Shown in pieces: positions 37,559-47,362 of a DNA stretch of 64,000 bases. Position numbers and translations under genes: made by a program. The notes below the pieces were generated by a model. The model did no database searches. It saw only the letters and a list, made by a program, of their open reading frames with translations, and was not told where the DNA came from. Location of the stretch: the NCBI GenBank assembly GCA_963703345.1, contig OY969814.1, positions 352,001 through 416,000 on the forward strand, given 5' to 3'. The DNA is from an uncultured Chloroflexia bacterium. GTDB taxonomy: Bacteria; Chloroflexota; Dehalococcoidia; DSTF01; JALHUB01. Within the stretch, counting starts at the first letter, position 1; each line of letters opens with the position of its first letter.

Positions 37559-40015
37559 CTACCAGCGTCTGCCGAAAGGCGGACGCGGCGCCGGCCCGGC
37601 GCCGCCGGGCCCTCCCTGACGCGGTTCCTGCCTGTGCCCCTGGCCGTACGGACGCCGTCGCGGACGGGCCGCTCCGCCATCCGGCGAATTGCGAGATTGG
37701 CCTGGGGCGCCGGGCGGCCGGCCACCGGTAGAACGTCGCGGCGGTCGCTGCTCCGAGCCGTAGCCGGGACGCCTGCCGCGTCCGCCGGCAGGGCCGCCGA
37801 TGGGCATCCGCTCCGTCGGGAGCGGCGGCGGCTGGGGCTCCTCGCCTTCCGTCTCGCCTTGCGTCCCGCCTCTTGTCTCGCCTTGCGTCCCGCCTTGCGT
37901 CCCGCCTCTTGTCTCGCCTTGCGTCCCGCCTTGCGTCCCGCCTTCAAGCACCGCGCGCCGCGAAAGGTTGATGCGCCCGAGGTTGTCGATCTCCATGACC
38001 ATCACCATGATCTCGTCGCCCACCTTCACCACGTCCTCAACACTGGGCACACGGTAGTCGGCAAGTTCCGAGATGCGCACCAGCCCCTCTTTGCCGGGAA
38101 TTATCTCGACGAAGGCGCCGAAGTTGGTCGTTCGCGTGACTCGCCCTGTATAGATCGTGCCGATTTCGACCTCACGCGTCAGCCCCTGGATCATCTCGAT
38201 GGCGCGATTGGCCTGCTCCTCGCTGGTCGAGCCGATGAAGACCGTGCCGTCGTCCTCAACGTCGATCGTGCACTTCGTCTCTTCGATGATGGAACGAATG
38301 ACGCGACCGCCCGGGCCGATCACCTGGCCGATCTTGCCCTGCGGAATCTTGATCCGGTACATGCGCGGAGCATAACGCGAAAGCTCCTGGCGGCTCTCGG
38401 AGATGGTGTTGTGCATCTTGTCGAGGATCTCCAGGCGCGCCTCCTTTGCCTGCTCGAGCGCTTCGCCCATGATCTCCGGCGTAATTCCCTTTACCTTGAT
38501 GTCCATCTGAAGCGCCGTGATGCCGCCGGCCGTGCCCGCGACTTTGAAGTCCATGTCGCCCATCGCGTCTTCCAGGCCGGCGATGTCGGTGAGGATCTTG
38601 TAAGTGCCGTCCTCGCCCTTGATCAGTCCCATCGCGATTCCAGCGACCGGTTCCTTAATCGGAACGCCGGCGTCCATGAGAGCGAGCGTGCTGCCGCAGA
38701 CGCTGGCCATCGACGTGCTGCCGTTGCTGGACAGGACCTCCGTGACAAGCCGGATGGTGTACGGGAACTCGTCTTCCGCCGGGATGACGGGCTCGATGGC
38801 GCGTTCCGCAAGAGCGCCGTGACCGATGTCGCGGCGGCTCGGCGAGCCCATTCGCCTCACTTCGCCGACTGAGAAGGGCGGGAAGTTGTAGTGGTGAAGG
38901 AAGCGTTTCGTGTCCTCCGGCGACAGCGTGTCCAGGCGCTGCTCTTCGCTGGCCGAGCCCAGGGTCGCGATCGTTAGGGCCTGCGTTTGGCCGCGGGTGA
39001 ACAGGCCGGAGCCGTGGGTGCGCGGCAGAATGCCGACCTCGGCGCTGATGGGCCTTATCTCTTTCAGACCGCGCCCGTCCGGCCGTACGTTCTTTTCGAG
39101 AATGCTTTGCCGGACCTGCTGTTTGACGCTTTCGTCGAAGGCGGCCAGTATCTGCTCCGCCGCATACGTCTCGCCCAGGCGCTCCAGTAGCTCCTCGCGG
39201 CGCTCGCCGAGAGAGCGGTCCCGCTCCTCGCGGTTGACGGCTGCGACAATCTCCTCCAGCTTGCCTTCCAGGAACTGCGCCACGTCGCGGCGCACCGCCT
39301 CGCCGACTTCCCGCGGCGCCACGATCGTCTTCTCCTTGCCGACGTCGCGAACCATCTCGTTCTGCAAGGCGATCATCGCCTGGTTCGCCTCGTAGCCGGC
39401 GCGGATGCCGCCAAGCACCCTCTCCTCCGAGACGCCGGTTGCTCCCGCCTCAACCATCATCACCGCTTCCGCCGTGCTCGACACGATGAGGTCGATCTCG
39501 CTGTCCTTGAGCTGCGTGAACGTGGGCAGGATGACGTACTCGCCGTCGATGTAGCCAACGCGCACGGAGCTGACCGGGCCGGCAAACGGTATGGGGGATA
39601 TGCTCAGAGCGGCGGAGGCGCCGATTGTGCCCAACACGTCCGGTGAGTTCTCCTGATCGGCGGAGAGCACCGTTACGACGATCTGGACGTCGTTGCGATA
39701 GCCCTTGGGAAAGAGCGGCCGCAGGGGCCTGTCGGTGAGGCGAGCGGCGAGCACCGCTTCCGTCGTCGGACGGCCCTCCCGGCGGAAGAAGCTGCCGGGA
39801 ATCTTGCCCGCGGCATAAAGCCGCTCTTCATAGTCGATCGTGAGAGGAAAGAAGTCGATTCCCTCTCTTGGCTGCTCCGTCGCGCAGGCTGTGACGAGGA
39901 CAACGGTATCGCCGTAGCGCACCGTGACCGATCCGCCGGCCTGAAAAGCCAGCTTGCCGGTCTCGATGGTCAACTGGCGTCCGTTAACCGTCCGTTCGTA
40001 GACTCGTGGATTCAC
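37559..40015 (-). CDS. pnp: Polyribonucleotide nucleotidyltransferase (PNPase) with long low-complexity C-tail
   Basis: [46 protein letters not shown] and S1 domains; GTG start after AGGGAGG. Confidence 0.97.
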   Translation of the reverse strand: MNPRVYERTVNGRQLTIETGKLAFQAGGSVTVRYGDTVVLVTACATEQPREGIDFFPLTIDYEERLYAAGKIPGSFFRREGRPTTEAVLAARLTDRPLRPLFPKGYRNDVQIVVTVLSADQENSPDVLGTIGASAALSISPIPFAGPVSSVRVGYIDGEYVILPTFTQLKDSEIDLIVSSTAEAVMMVEAGATGVSEERVLGGIRAGYEANQAMIALQNEMVRDVGKEKTIVAPREVGEAVRRDVAQFLEGKLEEIVAAVNREERDRSLGERREELLERLGETYAAEQILAAFDESVKQQVRQSILEKNVRPDGRGLKEIRPISAEVGILPRTHGSGLFTRGQTQALTIATLGSASEEQRLDTLSPEDTKRFLHHYNFPPFSVGEVRRMGSPSRRDIGHGALAERAIEPVIPAEDEFPYTIRLVTEVLSSNGSTSMASVCGSTLALMDAGVPIKEPVAGIAMGLIKGEDGTYKILTDIAGLEDAMGDMDFKVAGTAGGITALQMDIKVKGITPEIMGEALEQAKEARLEILDKMHNTISESRQELSRYAPRMYRIKIPQGKIGQVIGPGGRVIRSIIEETKCTIDVEDDGTVFIGSTSEEQANRAIEMIQGLTREVEIGTIYTGRVTRTTNFGAFVEIIPGKEGLVRISELADYRVPSVEDVVKVGDEIMVMVMEIDNLGRINLSRRAVLEGGTQGGTQGETRGGTQGGTQGETRGGTQGETEGEEPQPPPLPTERMPIGGPAGGRGRRPGYGSEQRPPRRSTGGRPPGAPGQSRNSPDGGAARPRRRPYGQGHRQEPRQGGPGGAGPAPRPPFGRRW
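37851..37943. repeat. In-frame 12-bp tandem repeat (about 8 units, with a 36-bp higher-order unit) in the pnp tail
   Basis: Units such as GCGTCCCGCCTT and TTGTCTCGCCTT encode GGTQ/GETR. Confidence 0.9.
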
Positions 40016-40235
40016 ATGAACCTCCCTAAACCCGTGCCGAATGGGCGGCTTTCCTCACGCCGCCGTCTTGGGGCCATCAGGCGTAATGCTAAGCGATTGG
40101 GCGAAATGTTCCCTGACTCATCCGGCGGGGGTCAACCCGTCTTCCGGACGCTACTCCTCGAATCCAACAGGACACAATTGGAGGAGCTATCGACCTGAGG
40201 ATGCGCTTGCTCTCTCTCTACAGAAAGGCCGCCGC

Positions 40236-40502
40236 TTACTTGCGGAGGCCTAGTCTCGCGAGGACGGTTCGATAGCGCTGCACGTCCTTCTTGTTGAGGT
40301 ACGCGAGCTGTCTCCGCCTCTGTCCCACCATCTTCAGGAGGCCGCGCTGAGAGTGGAAGTCGTGCTTGTGCGTCCTCAGATGGGCGCTGACCTGACTGAT
40401 CTTCGCAGTCAGGAGGGCTACTTGCACCTCTGGAGAACCGGTATCGGTTTGGTGAGTGGCGTATTCCTCTACGACGTCCTGTTTCTTCTCTTTGCTCAGC
40501 AT
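40236..40502 (-). CDS. rpsO: 30S ribosomal protein S15
   Basis: [34 protein letters not shown]. Confidence 0.98.
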   Translation of the reverse strand: MLSKEKKQDVVEEYATHQTDTGSPEVQVALLTAKISQVSAHLRTHKHDFHSQRGLLKMVGQRRRQLAYLNKKDVQRYRTVLARLGLRK

Positions 40503-40656
40503 CTGCCCTTCGCGTGGCCCTCTTCCGTCTTGGATTCCTTATCTAGTGTATAATTCTAGCATAGCGTTTGTGCTGACTGCAACGCAGTATATCCCTTCAA
40601 GGAGCTCTCGAGCATCGCGGCCGGGCACACCGCGAGGAAGGGCGGACCGTCAGCGG

Positions 40657-41514
40657 ATGGCACGGGTAGCAGTGGTGACGGATAGCGCAGCTTCGCTGCC
40701 GGCTTCACTGCGCGCCGAGCACGACATCGAAGTCGTCCCCCTTAACCTCGTCTTCGACGACCACTCCTATGCGGACGGCCTTGAGACCAACGGCAATTTC
40801 TACCGCGCCCTGAAGGCCGCCCGCCGGCCACCGACGACGACGGGCGCCTCGCCGGGAACACACCTGGAAGCGCTCCGACGCGCCGCCGCAAAGGCTGACT
40901 CCGTCTTGTGCATCACCGTCTCGGCCCAGTTCAGCGGCACCTACGACTCCGCCCTCCAGGCAGCCGCCCTCCTCAAGCAAGAGCGCCCCGGCACCGAAGT
41001 CGTCGTACTCGACTCGCGCAGCGCCGCTATGGGAGAGGGCTTCGTCGTCCTTGAAGCTGCGAAGGCCGCTGCCGCCGGCGGCAGCCTTGCCGACGTGAAA
41101 GCGGCAGCCGAAGGTGCGATGCCCCGCGTCGGCATCGTCGCCGTAATCGACACGCTCGAATACCTGGCCAGAGGCGGACGCGTGCCGCGCATCCAGGCCT
41201 GGGCCTCGGCCCTGCTGAGCGTGAAGCCGATAATCGAGCTCCGGCAGCAGGACATCCACCTGCTCACTCGCACCCGCACCCGGCGACGCGCCGTCGCCCA
41301 GCTAATCCCGATTCTCGAGCAGCGCGGCCTCTACGGAGAGCGCCTCCACCTGTGCGTTCAGCACACGAACGTCCTCGACGAGGCGCTGGGGCTGGCAGAG
41401 GAAGCGCAGCAACGCCTCCATCCTGCCGAAATGGCCGTGAGCGAGTTCACGCTGGTCATGGGGGCGCACATCGGACCGGGTCTGCTAGGACTCGCCTACT
41501 ACGTCGAACCCTGA
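40657..41514 (+). CDS. DegV/FakB family fatty acid-binding protein
   Basis: VVTDSAASLP, SAQFSGTY, DSRSAAMG, TLEYLARGGR, GAHIGPG. Confidence 0.92.
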   Translation: MARVAVVTDSAASLPASLRAEHDIEVVPLNLVFDDHSYADGLETNGNFYRALKAARRPPTTTGASPGTHLEALRRAAAKADSVLCITVSAQFSGTYDSALQAAALLKQERPGTEVVVLDSRSAAMGEGFVVLEAAKAAAAGGSLADVKAAAEGAMPRVGIVAVIDTLEYLARGGRVPRIQAWASALLSVKPIIELRQQDIHLLTRTRTRRRAVAQLIPILEQRGLYGERLHLCVQHTNVLDEALGLAEEAQQRLHPAEMAVSEFTLVMGAHIGPGLLGLAYYVEP

Positions 41515-41522
41515 CCCAGCGA

Positions 41523-42113
41523 ATGCCGCAGCGACCGCCTTCCGCCGTCCAGAGATTCCTCCAGGCGCTGGACCCGCTACCGGCCCCGCGGCCCAACCCG
41601 GCGCTTGTCGTCATAAGCGGCCTACCGGGGACCGGCAAGTCGCAGTTTGCCCGCGAGTTGCGGGATCGGACCGGCGCAGTCGTGCTCGAAAGCGATGCTC
41701 TCCGCCGGCTCCTGGTCGAAAGGCCGTCCTACTCCTGGCAGGAGAGCCGCCGCCTGTTCGCCGCTATCCACGGCGTCGTGGAGCGATTGCTCTGCGAAGG
41801 CATGTCCGTTATCCTCGACGCCACCAACCTCGCCGAGGCCTATCGCCGACCGCTCTACGCCATCGCCGAGGAGTGCAACGCACGGCTGTTGCTGGTAGAG
41901 GTCACCGCTCCGACCGAAGTGGCGCGGAAACGACTGGCGGAGCGCGTTGTAGCGGGCGGAAGCTCGTCCGAGGCCGACGTGGCGGTCTACGAACGGATGC
42001 TGACGGCACGCGAGAAGATACGCCGCGAGCACTTCGTCGTCGACACGTCGAAGCCGTACGATCGGGCGCTCAGGACCATCGCCCGCGAGATGGAGCGCGG
42101 GCCCCGGAAATAG
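41523..42113 (+). CDS. P-loop kinase of AAA_33 type
   Basis: ISGLPGTGKS, ESDALRR, VILDATN, RKRLAER, SEADVAV. Confidence 0.82.
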   Translation: MPQRPPSAVQRFLQALDPLPAPRPNPALVVISGLPGTGKSQFARELRDRTGAVVLESDALRRLLVERPSYSWQESRRLFAAIHGVVERLLCEGMSVILDATNLAEAYRRPLYAIAEECNARLLLVEVTAPTEVARKRLAERVVAGGSSSEADVAVYERMLTAREKIRREHFVVDTSKPYDRALRTIAREMERGPRK

Positions 42114-42161
42114 GAAAAACCCCCATCAGGGGGCTCCATCGAATTGGCGGCCCGCCTGTCC

Positions 42162-43058
42162 CTACGCCGGCGCTTCCTTGGGAGGAGACGGCTCCTTCGG
42201 GACGATGCCCAGGAGCTTGCCCAGCGCCGTGTAGCCCCACCTCTGCAGGAACAGCGCCGCCCCTAAGCCCATGAGCGCCACGCAAATGCCCACCGGCGCG
42301 TCGAAGATGTAGTGGTTCGCCGTGAATACGACGGCGAAGAACTGCGCCACCGGCAGCATGGCGGCAAGCACCCATAACGGCTTCCAGCGTGTCGAGGCGA
42401 TGACGCCGATGGCCAGGATTACCGGCCAGCCGACGTGAAGGCTCGGCACGGAAGCATATGGGTTCACGAACATCTGCATCGACTGCGCCTGATAGCTCAG
42501 GTTGCTGTAGATCGCCATCGTGTCCACGAAGCCGAAGTCGCTGAGGAAACGCGGCGGCGCCACCGGGAAGAGGTGGTAGATGATGAGAGCTATTCCGCCG
42601 GAGATCAGCATCGCATCGCGCGTCAGAGTGTACTGGCGTCGATGGCGGAAGTAGAGCCAGAGCCCAACAGTCACGATGAGCGGGAAGTCCAGCCAGAAGT
42701 AGATGCCGTTGAAAAGATGGATGAGGAAGCTCTTACCGAGGATCAGCGCCTGCAACTGGAGCTCCCAACTGAATCCGGCCTCGCGCTCAAGGTTCATGAT
42801 GCGGAAGCCGTGGGCGAGAGCATCCGAAGTCCGGTCGACGACGCTACCGCGGACGAGGAAGTAGAACAGGAACGCCAGCGACACGAGCGTCAACTCGACG
42901 ATGTGACGGACTATCGGGCGCGGCGCCAGCGCTTCCGCCACGCGTCGCGGTGCAAGGAGGGCCATCAGCGCACGGATTATCTTCAGGATATGGCGAAACC
43001 AGACGCTCCCTGTCAGCGATCTCGCCAGATTCCCCAGAGCCGACAATGGAGAAACCAT
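42162..43058 (-). CDS. PAP2_3 (Aur1/IPC synthase-like) membrane phosphotransferase
   Basis: PVAPPRF, GFVDT, NPYASVPSLHVGW, TANHYIFD. Start uncertain. Confidence 0.87.
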   Translation of the reverse strand: MVSPLSALGNLARSLTGSVWFRHILKIIRALMALLAPRRVAEALAPRPIVRHIVELTLVSLAFLFYFLVRGSVVDRTSDALAHGFRIMNLEREAGFSWELQLQALILGKSFLIHLFNGIYFWLDFPLIVTVGLWLYFRHRRQYTLTRDAMLISGGIALIIYHLFPVAPPRFLSDFGFVDTMAIYSNLSYQAQSMQMFVNPYASVPSLHVGWPVILAIGVIASTRWKPLWVLAAMLPVAQFFAVVFTANHYIFDAPVGICVALMGLGAALFLQRWGYTALGKLLGIVPKEPSPPKEAPA

Positions 43059-43125
43059 ACCGTTTCAGATCCCTCCGACGACAACTAGATCCGATAATTC
43101 ATTTAAGCACACGTGGCGACAGATT

Positions 43126-43893
43126 TCAAGAAACGGTCTGCCGCGTTCCGAAGCGCACGTTCTCAAGAACGAACGCCAGGACAATAGCCAGCAGCACGAC
43201 GAGGGCGCCGGCCATCGCATCAAAAATGAAATGATTCCCGGTGAGTACGATCGCGAAGAACATGAACGTCGGAAAGAGCACCGCAAACGCCCGCACCCAC
43301 CAGTTGCGCGCGATGTCGATGAGGGCGATCCCGACGAGCAGCGCCCAGCCGAAATGGAGGCTCGGCACCGCCGCATAGTGATTGACGATGAAGCCAGGCT
43401 GCATCGTGTTCGACTTGTTGTTGAACATAGCTATAGTATCGACGAAACCGAGGTTGGGCATGAGCCGCGGCGGCGCGACGGGGAAGAAGCCGTAGATGAA
43501 CAGGCCAATGACGGCGGAGATCAGCAGCGCATTCCGGTACACGCGGTATCGCTCCCGGCTCTGCACGTATATCCAGATTCCGCTGGCCACGAGGAGCGGT
43601 AAATGGCCGTAGAGATAGATTCCGTTGACGATGTCGACCAGGGCGCGGCTGCCGATTATGTGCTCTTGCCAGCCGGACTCCCAGAAGATGCCAAGTCGCT
43701 GCTCGATCCGGATGATGTGGTCTGCGCGGGCGAAAGCGTCGGCTGTTCTCTCGGGGAGAGCGCCGCGGATGAGCCAGTAGATGACCATCAAACCGACGAG
43801 GAGCACCGCTTCGACAAAGAAGAGGCGCAGTTCGCGAAGGACTTTCCTGACCTTCGTCCTTGTGGATGGCGTCACTACCGGCTTTGCCCTCAA
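43126..43893 (-). CDS. PAP2_3 (Aur1/IPC synthase-like) membrane phosphotransferase, paralog
   Basis: PVAPPRL, GFVDT, NHYAAVPSLHFGW, TGNHFIFD. Confidence 0.87.
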   Translation of the reverse strand: MRAKPVVTPSTRTKVRKVLRELRLFFVEAVLLVGLMVIYWLIRGALPERTADAFARADHIIRIEQRLGIFWESGWQEHIIGSRALVDIVNGIYLYGHLPLLVASGIWIYVQSRERYRVYRNALLISAVIGLFIYGFFPVAPPRLMPNLGFVDTIAMFNNKSNTMQPGFIVNHYAAVPSLHFGWALLVGIALIDIARNWWVRAFAVLFPTFMFFAIVLTGNHFIFDAMAGALVVLLAIVLAFVLENVRFGTRQTVS

Positions 43894-44018
43894 TCCTCAG
43901 GCGATTGCAGCTCTGCCTCCCTGACCTTACCATGGGATTGTAGCACACAACTCTGCCGACACAAGGCCCTCTTCCATCCCACGACAGCCGTTGCTGTCCT
44001 GCATTGAAAGGAGCCTCC

Positions 44019-45527
44019 ATGCAACTCGATACCCAGATCGGCCATCTTCGCGAATCTCCCGCCGGAGCGCTGGTCGTAGCTCTGTTCGAAAACTCCGACG
44101 TCCTCGGGGGCGTCGCGGCGGATGTCGATGCCGCGCTCGGAGGGATGATCTCGCAGCTAGTCCGCCAGGGCGAGGTGAAGGGAAAGAGATACGAGACAAC
44201 TCTCGTCCACACCCTTGACCGCCTACCATCGCCGCGAGTCCTGGTCGTCGGCCTCGGCAAGAGAAACGCCTTCGATGGCCGCATACTGCGCAACGCTTTT
44301 GCCGTCGGCGCGCGTCATCTCCGCCGAGTTGGTGCGGAAACCGTCGCCGTCAGCGCCGACCCGCTTCTCGGTCCTGCGCCTGATGCGACCGCGCAGGCGA
44401 TCGTCGAAGGAATGACGCTCGGCCTTTACATCTTCAGCCGGCACAAGAAACGGCCCGAGGAAGAGCGCGATCTGCGCGAGATCGTCCTGATGGAGCCGGA
44501 CCCATCGCGAGCCGAGGCGGTGCGAGAGGGAGCGGAGCGCGGCCGCGTCGCAGCCGAAGCGACGAACTGGGTGCGCGACCTGGCCAACGAGCCCGCCAAC
44601 TTCATGACGCCGTCAGACCTGGCGGAGCGCGCCCAGCAGGTCGCGCAGGAGCTGGACCTGGAGTGCGAGGTCTTCGAGCGGACGGAGATCGAGGAGATGG
44701 GCATGGGCGCTTTCCTCGGCGTCGCTCAGGGAAGCCGCCAGCCGCCGAAGCTGATCGTGCTCCGCTATCAAGGAAGCGCGGCGGAGGCCGCGACGTTGGG
44801 ACTCGTTGGCAAAGGCATCACTTTCGACAGCGGCGGCATCTCGATCAAGCCGTCGCAGGGCATGCACGAGATGAAGAGCGATATGACCGGCGGCGCCGAA
44901 GCGATTGCCACCGTTCGAGCGCTGGCCCAACTCAAGGTGAGGTTGAACGTGACGGCCATCGTGCCGGCCACCGAGAACATGCCCGATGGCAGCGCTCAGC
45001 GCCCCGGCGACGTGGTGCGAGCAATGAACGGCATGACGATCGAGGTCGTGAACACGGACGCCGAAGGGCGCCTGATCCTCGCCGATGCCCTCTGCTATGC
45101 CGGCCGTCTCGGCCTCTCACCGATCGTCAACGTCGCCACGCTTACCGGCGCCATGTCGGTCATCCTTGGTAACGTGGCTTTCGGCGCCATGACGAACAAC
45201 GAGGGGCTCTTCATGCGGATCAACGAGTCGGCGGATGTCGCCGGCGAGCGTGTCTGGCAGTTGCCTCTCTTCGACGAATACCGCGAGAAACTCGACAGCG
45301 AGGTCGCTGACATCAAAAACGTCGGCGGCCGCGACGCGGGCGCGATTACCGGGGGCCTCTTCCTTAAGGAGTTCGTCGGCGACACGCCCTGGGCGCACCT
45401 GGACATCGCCGGCGTGGATCTGCGCGACGAAGTCAAGGGCATCTTCATCAAGGGCGCCAGCGGCACGGGGGTCCGGACGCTGATCGCGCTGGCCCTCAGC
45501 CTCGCGGAGAGGCCGCTCTCCGGCTGA
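44019..45527 (+). CDS. pepA: Leucyl aminopeptidase (M17)
   Basis: VGKGITFDSGGISIK, MKSDM, NTDAEGRL, ATLTGA, HLDIAG. Confidence 0.96.
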   Translation: MQLDTQIGHLRESPAGALVVALFENSDVLGGVAADVDAALGGMISQLVRQGEVKGKRYETTLVHTLDRLPSPRVLVVGLGKRNAFDGRILRNAFAVGARHLRRVGAETVAVSADPLLGPAPDATAQAIVEGMTLGLYIFSRHKKRPEEERDLREIVLMEPDPSRAEAVREGAERGRVAAEATNWVRDLANEPANFMTPSDLAERAQQVAQELDLECEVFERTEIEEMGMGAFLGVAQGSRQPPKLIVLRYQGSAAEAATLGLVGKGITFDSGGISIKPSQGMHEMKSDMTGGAEAIATVRALAQLKVRLNVTAIVPATENMPDGSAQRPGDVVRAMNGMTIEVVNTDAEGRLILADALCYAGRLGLSPIVNVATLTGAMSVILGNVAFGAMTNNEGLFMRINESADVAGERVWQLPLFDEYREKLDSEVADIKNVGGRDAGAITGGLFLKEFVGDTPWAHLDIAGVDLRDEVKGIFIKGASGTGVRTLIALALSLAERPLSG

Positions 45528-45528
45528 G

Positions 45529-45834
45529 CTACCGCTTCGTGCTCGGAGGCGCCCAGGCTCTCGAGATGAACCTGTCGACCTCGATGGCCGGCAGCGTGTT
45601 AACGCTCAACGTTCCACGCGCGCTCAGCTCGACAGCGATGCTCATAACCGCTTCGTTGCTGTCCGCTTCGATGACAGTTATGAAGTCGTAGGCGCCAAGC
45701 GTAGCGTACTGGGCGACGATCTTGCCCCCCATCGACACGATCTCCTTGTTGACCTCCCGAATGCGTTCGGGGCGGCTCTTGATCGTCTTGCGTCCCTGTT
45801 CCGTCAGGTTGGTGAGGGAAATGTACAGCGGCAT
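45529..45834 (-). CDS. GYD domain protein
   Basis: YISLTNLTEQG, YATLGAYDF, TLPA; AAGGAG RBS. Confidence 0.85.
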   Translation of the reverse strand: MPLYISLTNLTEQGRKTIKSRPERIREVNKEIVSMGGKIVAQYATLGAYDFITVIEADSNEAVMSIAVELSARGTLSVNTLPAIEVDRFISRAWAPPSTKR

Positions 45835-45922
45835 AGGGTTTCTCCTTCCCATTGCTTGTGATGAGGACATCATAGCACGGGCACGCGCCTGTGAGTCCCC
45901 CGACGCGCTGGTTCGTCGCCGT

Positions 45923-45951
45923 TCGCCCGCCTGCCGGTAGGCATGGCTTGC
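45923..45951. repeat. Dispersed palindromic repeat TCGCCCGCCTGCCGGTAGGCATGGCTTGC
   Basis: 28/29 identical to the reverse complement of 59858-59886. Confidence 0.85.
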
Positions 45952-45963
45952 CGCGGGGCGTTG

Positions 45964-46494
45964 CTATTGGTCTCGCGCCGGCAGCGGCCGCGTCACCCAG
46001 TCGGGCAGGCGCACGTCCGCCGGGGCGTCGTGCTGGGGGATGAACGGCTTTACGTCGAGCACGGGCGTGCCGTTGATCGCGTCCAGCCCTCTTACGCGCA
46101 GCACGTTTCGGCGTCGCTTCACGAGCGAAACGACCGAGACGCCGACAGGGTTCGGGCGGTGCTGTGTGCGCGTCGCCAGGACACCCTGCAGCGGGTAGCG
46201 TTCGTCGCCACGCGGATGGCACTGCGTCCGGCCGCGTTCCTCGTCCGAGACGCGGTGCAGGTGAAAGAGGACGATGACGTGCGAGTACCCCTCGATGCCG
46301 TTCAGGGCATCGGTCAGCTCTTTGCGGAGGATGATGTCGGAGGAGACGTTGGCCCACTCCTGGCGGCGCGGCTCCCGCACCCCGTTCCGCACCATGCCGA
46401 TCGGCTTCAAGGTAACCGGCTCGTTGGGGATGATCTGCTCCGGCAGGATGCCGACGGTGCCCAGAAAACGCAGAAGCCGGCTGCGAATGCTCAT
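45964..46494 (-). CDS. tsaA: tRNA m6t6A37 methyltransferase TrmO/TsaA family
   Basis: LKPIGMV, GIEGYSHVIVLFHLH, GVLATRTQHRPNPVG, GLDAINGTPVLDVKP. Confidence 0.88.
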   Translation of the reverse strand: MSIRSRLLRFLGTVGILPEQIIPNEPVTLKPIGMVRNGVREPRRQEWANVSSDIILRKELTDALNGIEGYSHVIVLFHLHRVSDEERGRTQCHPRGDERYPLQGVLATRTQHRPNPVGVSVVSLVKRRRNVLRVRGLDAINGTPVLDVKPFIPQHDAPADVRLPDWVTRPLPARDQ

Positions 46495-46644
46495 CCGACG
46501 CTCTCCTCGTCTTCTTCTGTGAGACAAGCAGAGATTAGCACAGGCTCATGGACACGCCAAGGCTTTCCGTTCGAACGCGCAAACGGAATGTTTCTCCCCC
46601 GTTCATTGACCGCTGCCCGTGCCTGTGCTACGTTTCGTTCGAAA

Positions 46645-47274
46645 ATGCCGAGAATCCCCTTCCTCCCGAAGAACGAACGCTTCTACGTTCTCCTCCACGA
46701 CGGCGCCCGAAACCTTGTCGACGCCGCGGAAAGCCTCAATGACCTCGTCCGGTACTACGAGAACATCGATATGAAGAGCGAGCACATCACGGAGCTCGAG
46801 CACAACGGCGATAGCATTACGCACGATATCATCAACCTTCTCCATAAGACGTTCGTCACGCCCATTGAGCGCGAGGACATCGCTCTCCTCGCCCAGCGCA
46901 TGGACGACGTGATGGACTACATCGAGGGTGCGGCCACGGCGATGCGCATCTATAAGATCGCGCAACCGACGGAGCGGAGCCGCGAGATGGCCGATGTCGT
47001 GCGGCTCATGGCCGTTAAGCTGGAGCAGGCGGTCTCACACCTGCGTGACCACAAGGGACTGCGCGACATCCTCCCTTACTGCGTCGAAGTGAACCGGCTG
47101 GAGAACGTCGCCGACGACCTCTACCGCAAGGCAATCGCCGAGCTCTTCGACGACGAGGCGAGCGCGGCGGAAATCATCAAGTGGCGCGAGGTCTACGAGC
47201 AGCTAGAGCAGGCGACGGACGGCGCGGAGGACGTCGCCAACGTCCTGGAAGGCATTGTCCTGAGGCATGCCTAA
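46645..47274 (+). CDS. DUF47 (PhoU-like) phosphate transport regulator
   Basis: ELEHNGDSITHDI..LHKTFVTPIEREDI, LENVADD, IIKWREVYE..E.ATD; precedes pit. Confidence 0.92.
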   Translation: MPRIPFLPKNERFYVLLHDGARNLVDAAESLNDLVRYYENIDMKSEHITELEHNGDSITHDIINLLHKTFVTPIEREDIALLAQRMDDVMDYIEGAATAMRIYKIAQPTERSREMADVVRLMAVKLEQAVSHLRDHKGLRDILPYCVEVNRLENVADDLYRKAIAELFDDEASAAEIIKWREVYEQLEQATDGAEDVANVLEGIVLRHA

Positions 47275-47302
47275 ACTGACTGCGTACAGTCGAAAGAGGT
47301 CC

Positions 47303-47328
47303 AACGGGCCCGGCGGGGCTCGTTTTTT
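47303..47328 (+). terminator. Intrinsic terminator-like hairpin between DUF47 and pit
   Basis: AACGGGCCC-GGCG-GGGCTCGTT running into a T6 tract. Confidence 0.6.
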
Positions 47329-47362
47329 CTGCGCGCGGACGCCTCCAATCGGAAAATAGGGC

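Noticed and set aside
37851-37943. CRISPR-like repeat array
   Set aside because: The repeats are contiguous 12-mers without spacers and lie in frame within pnp.
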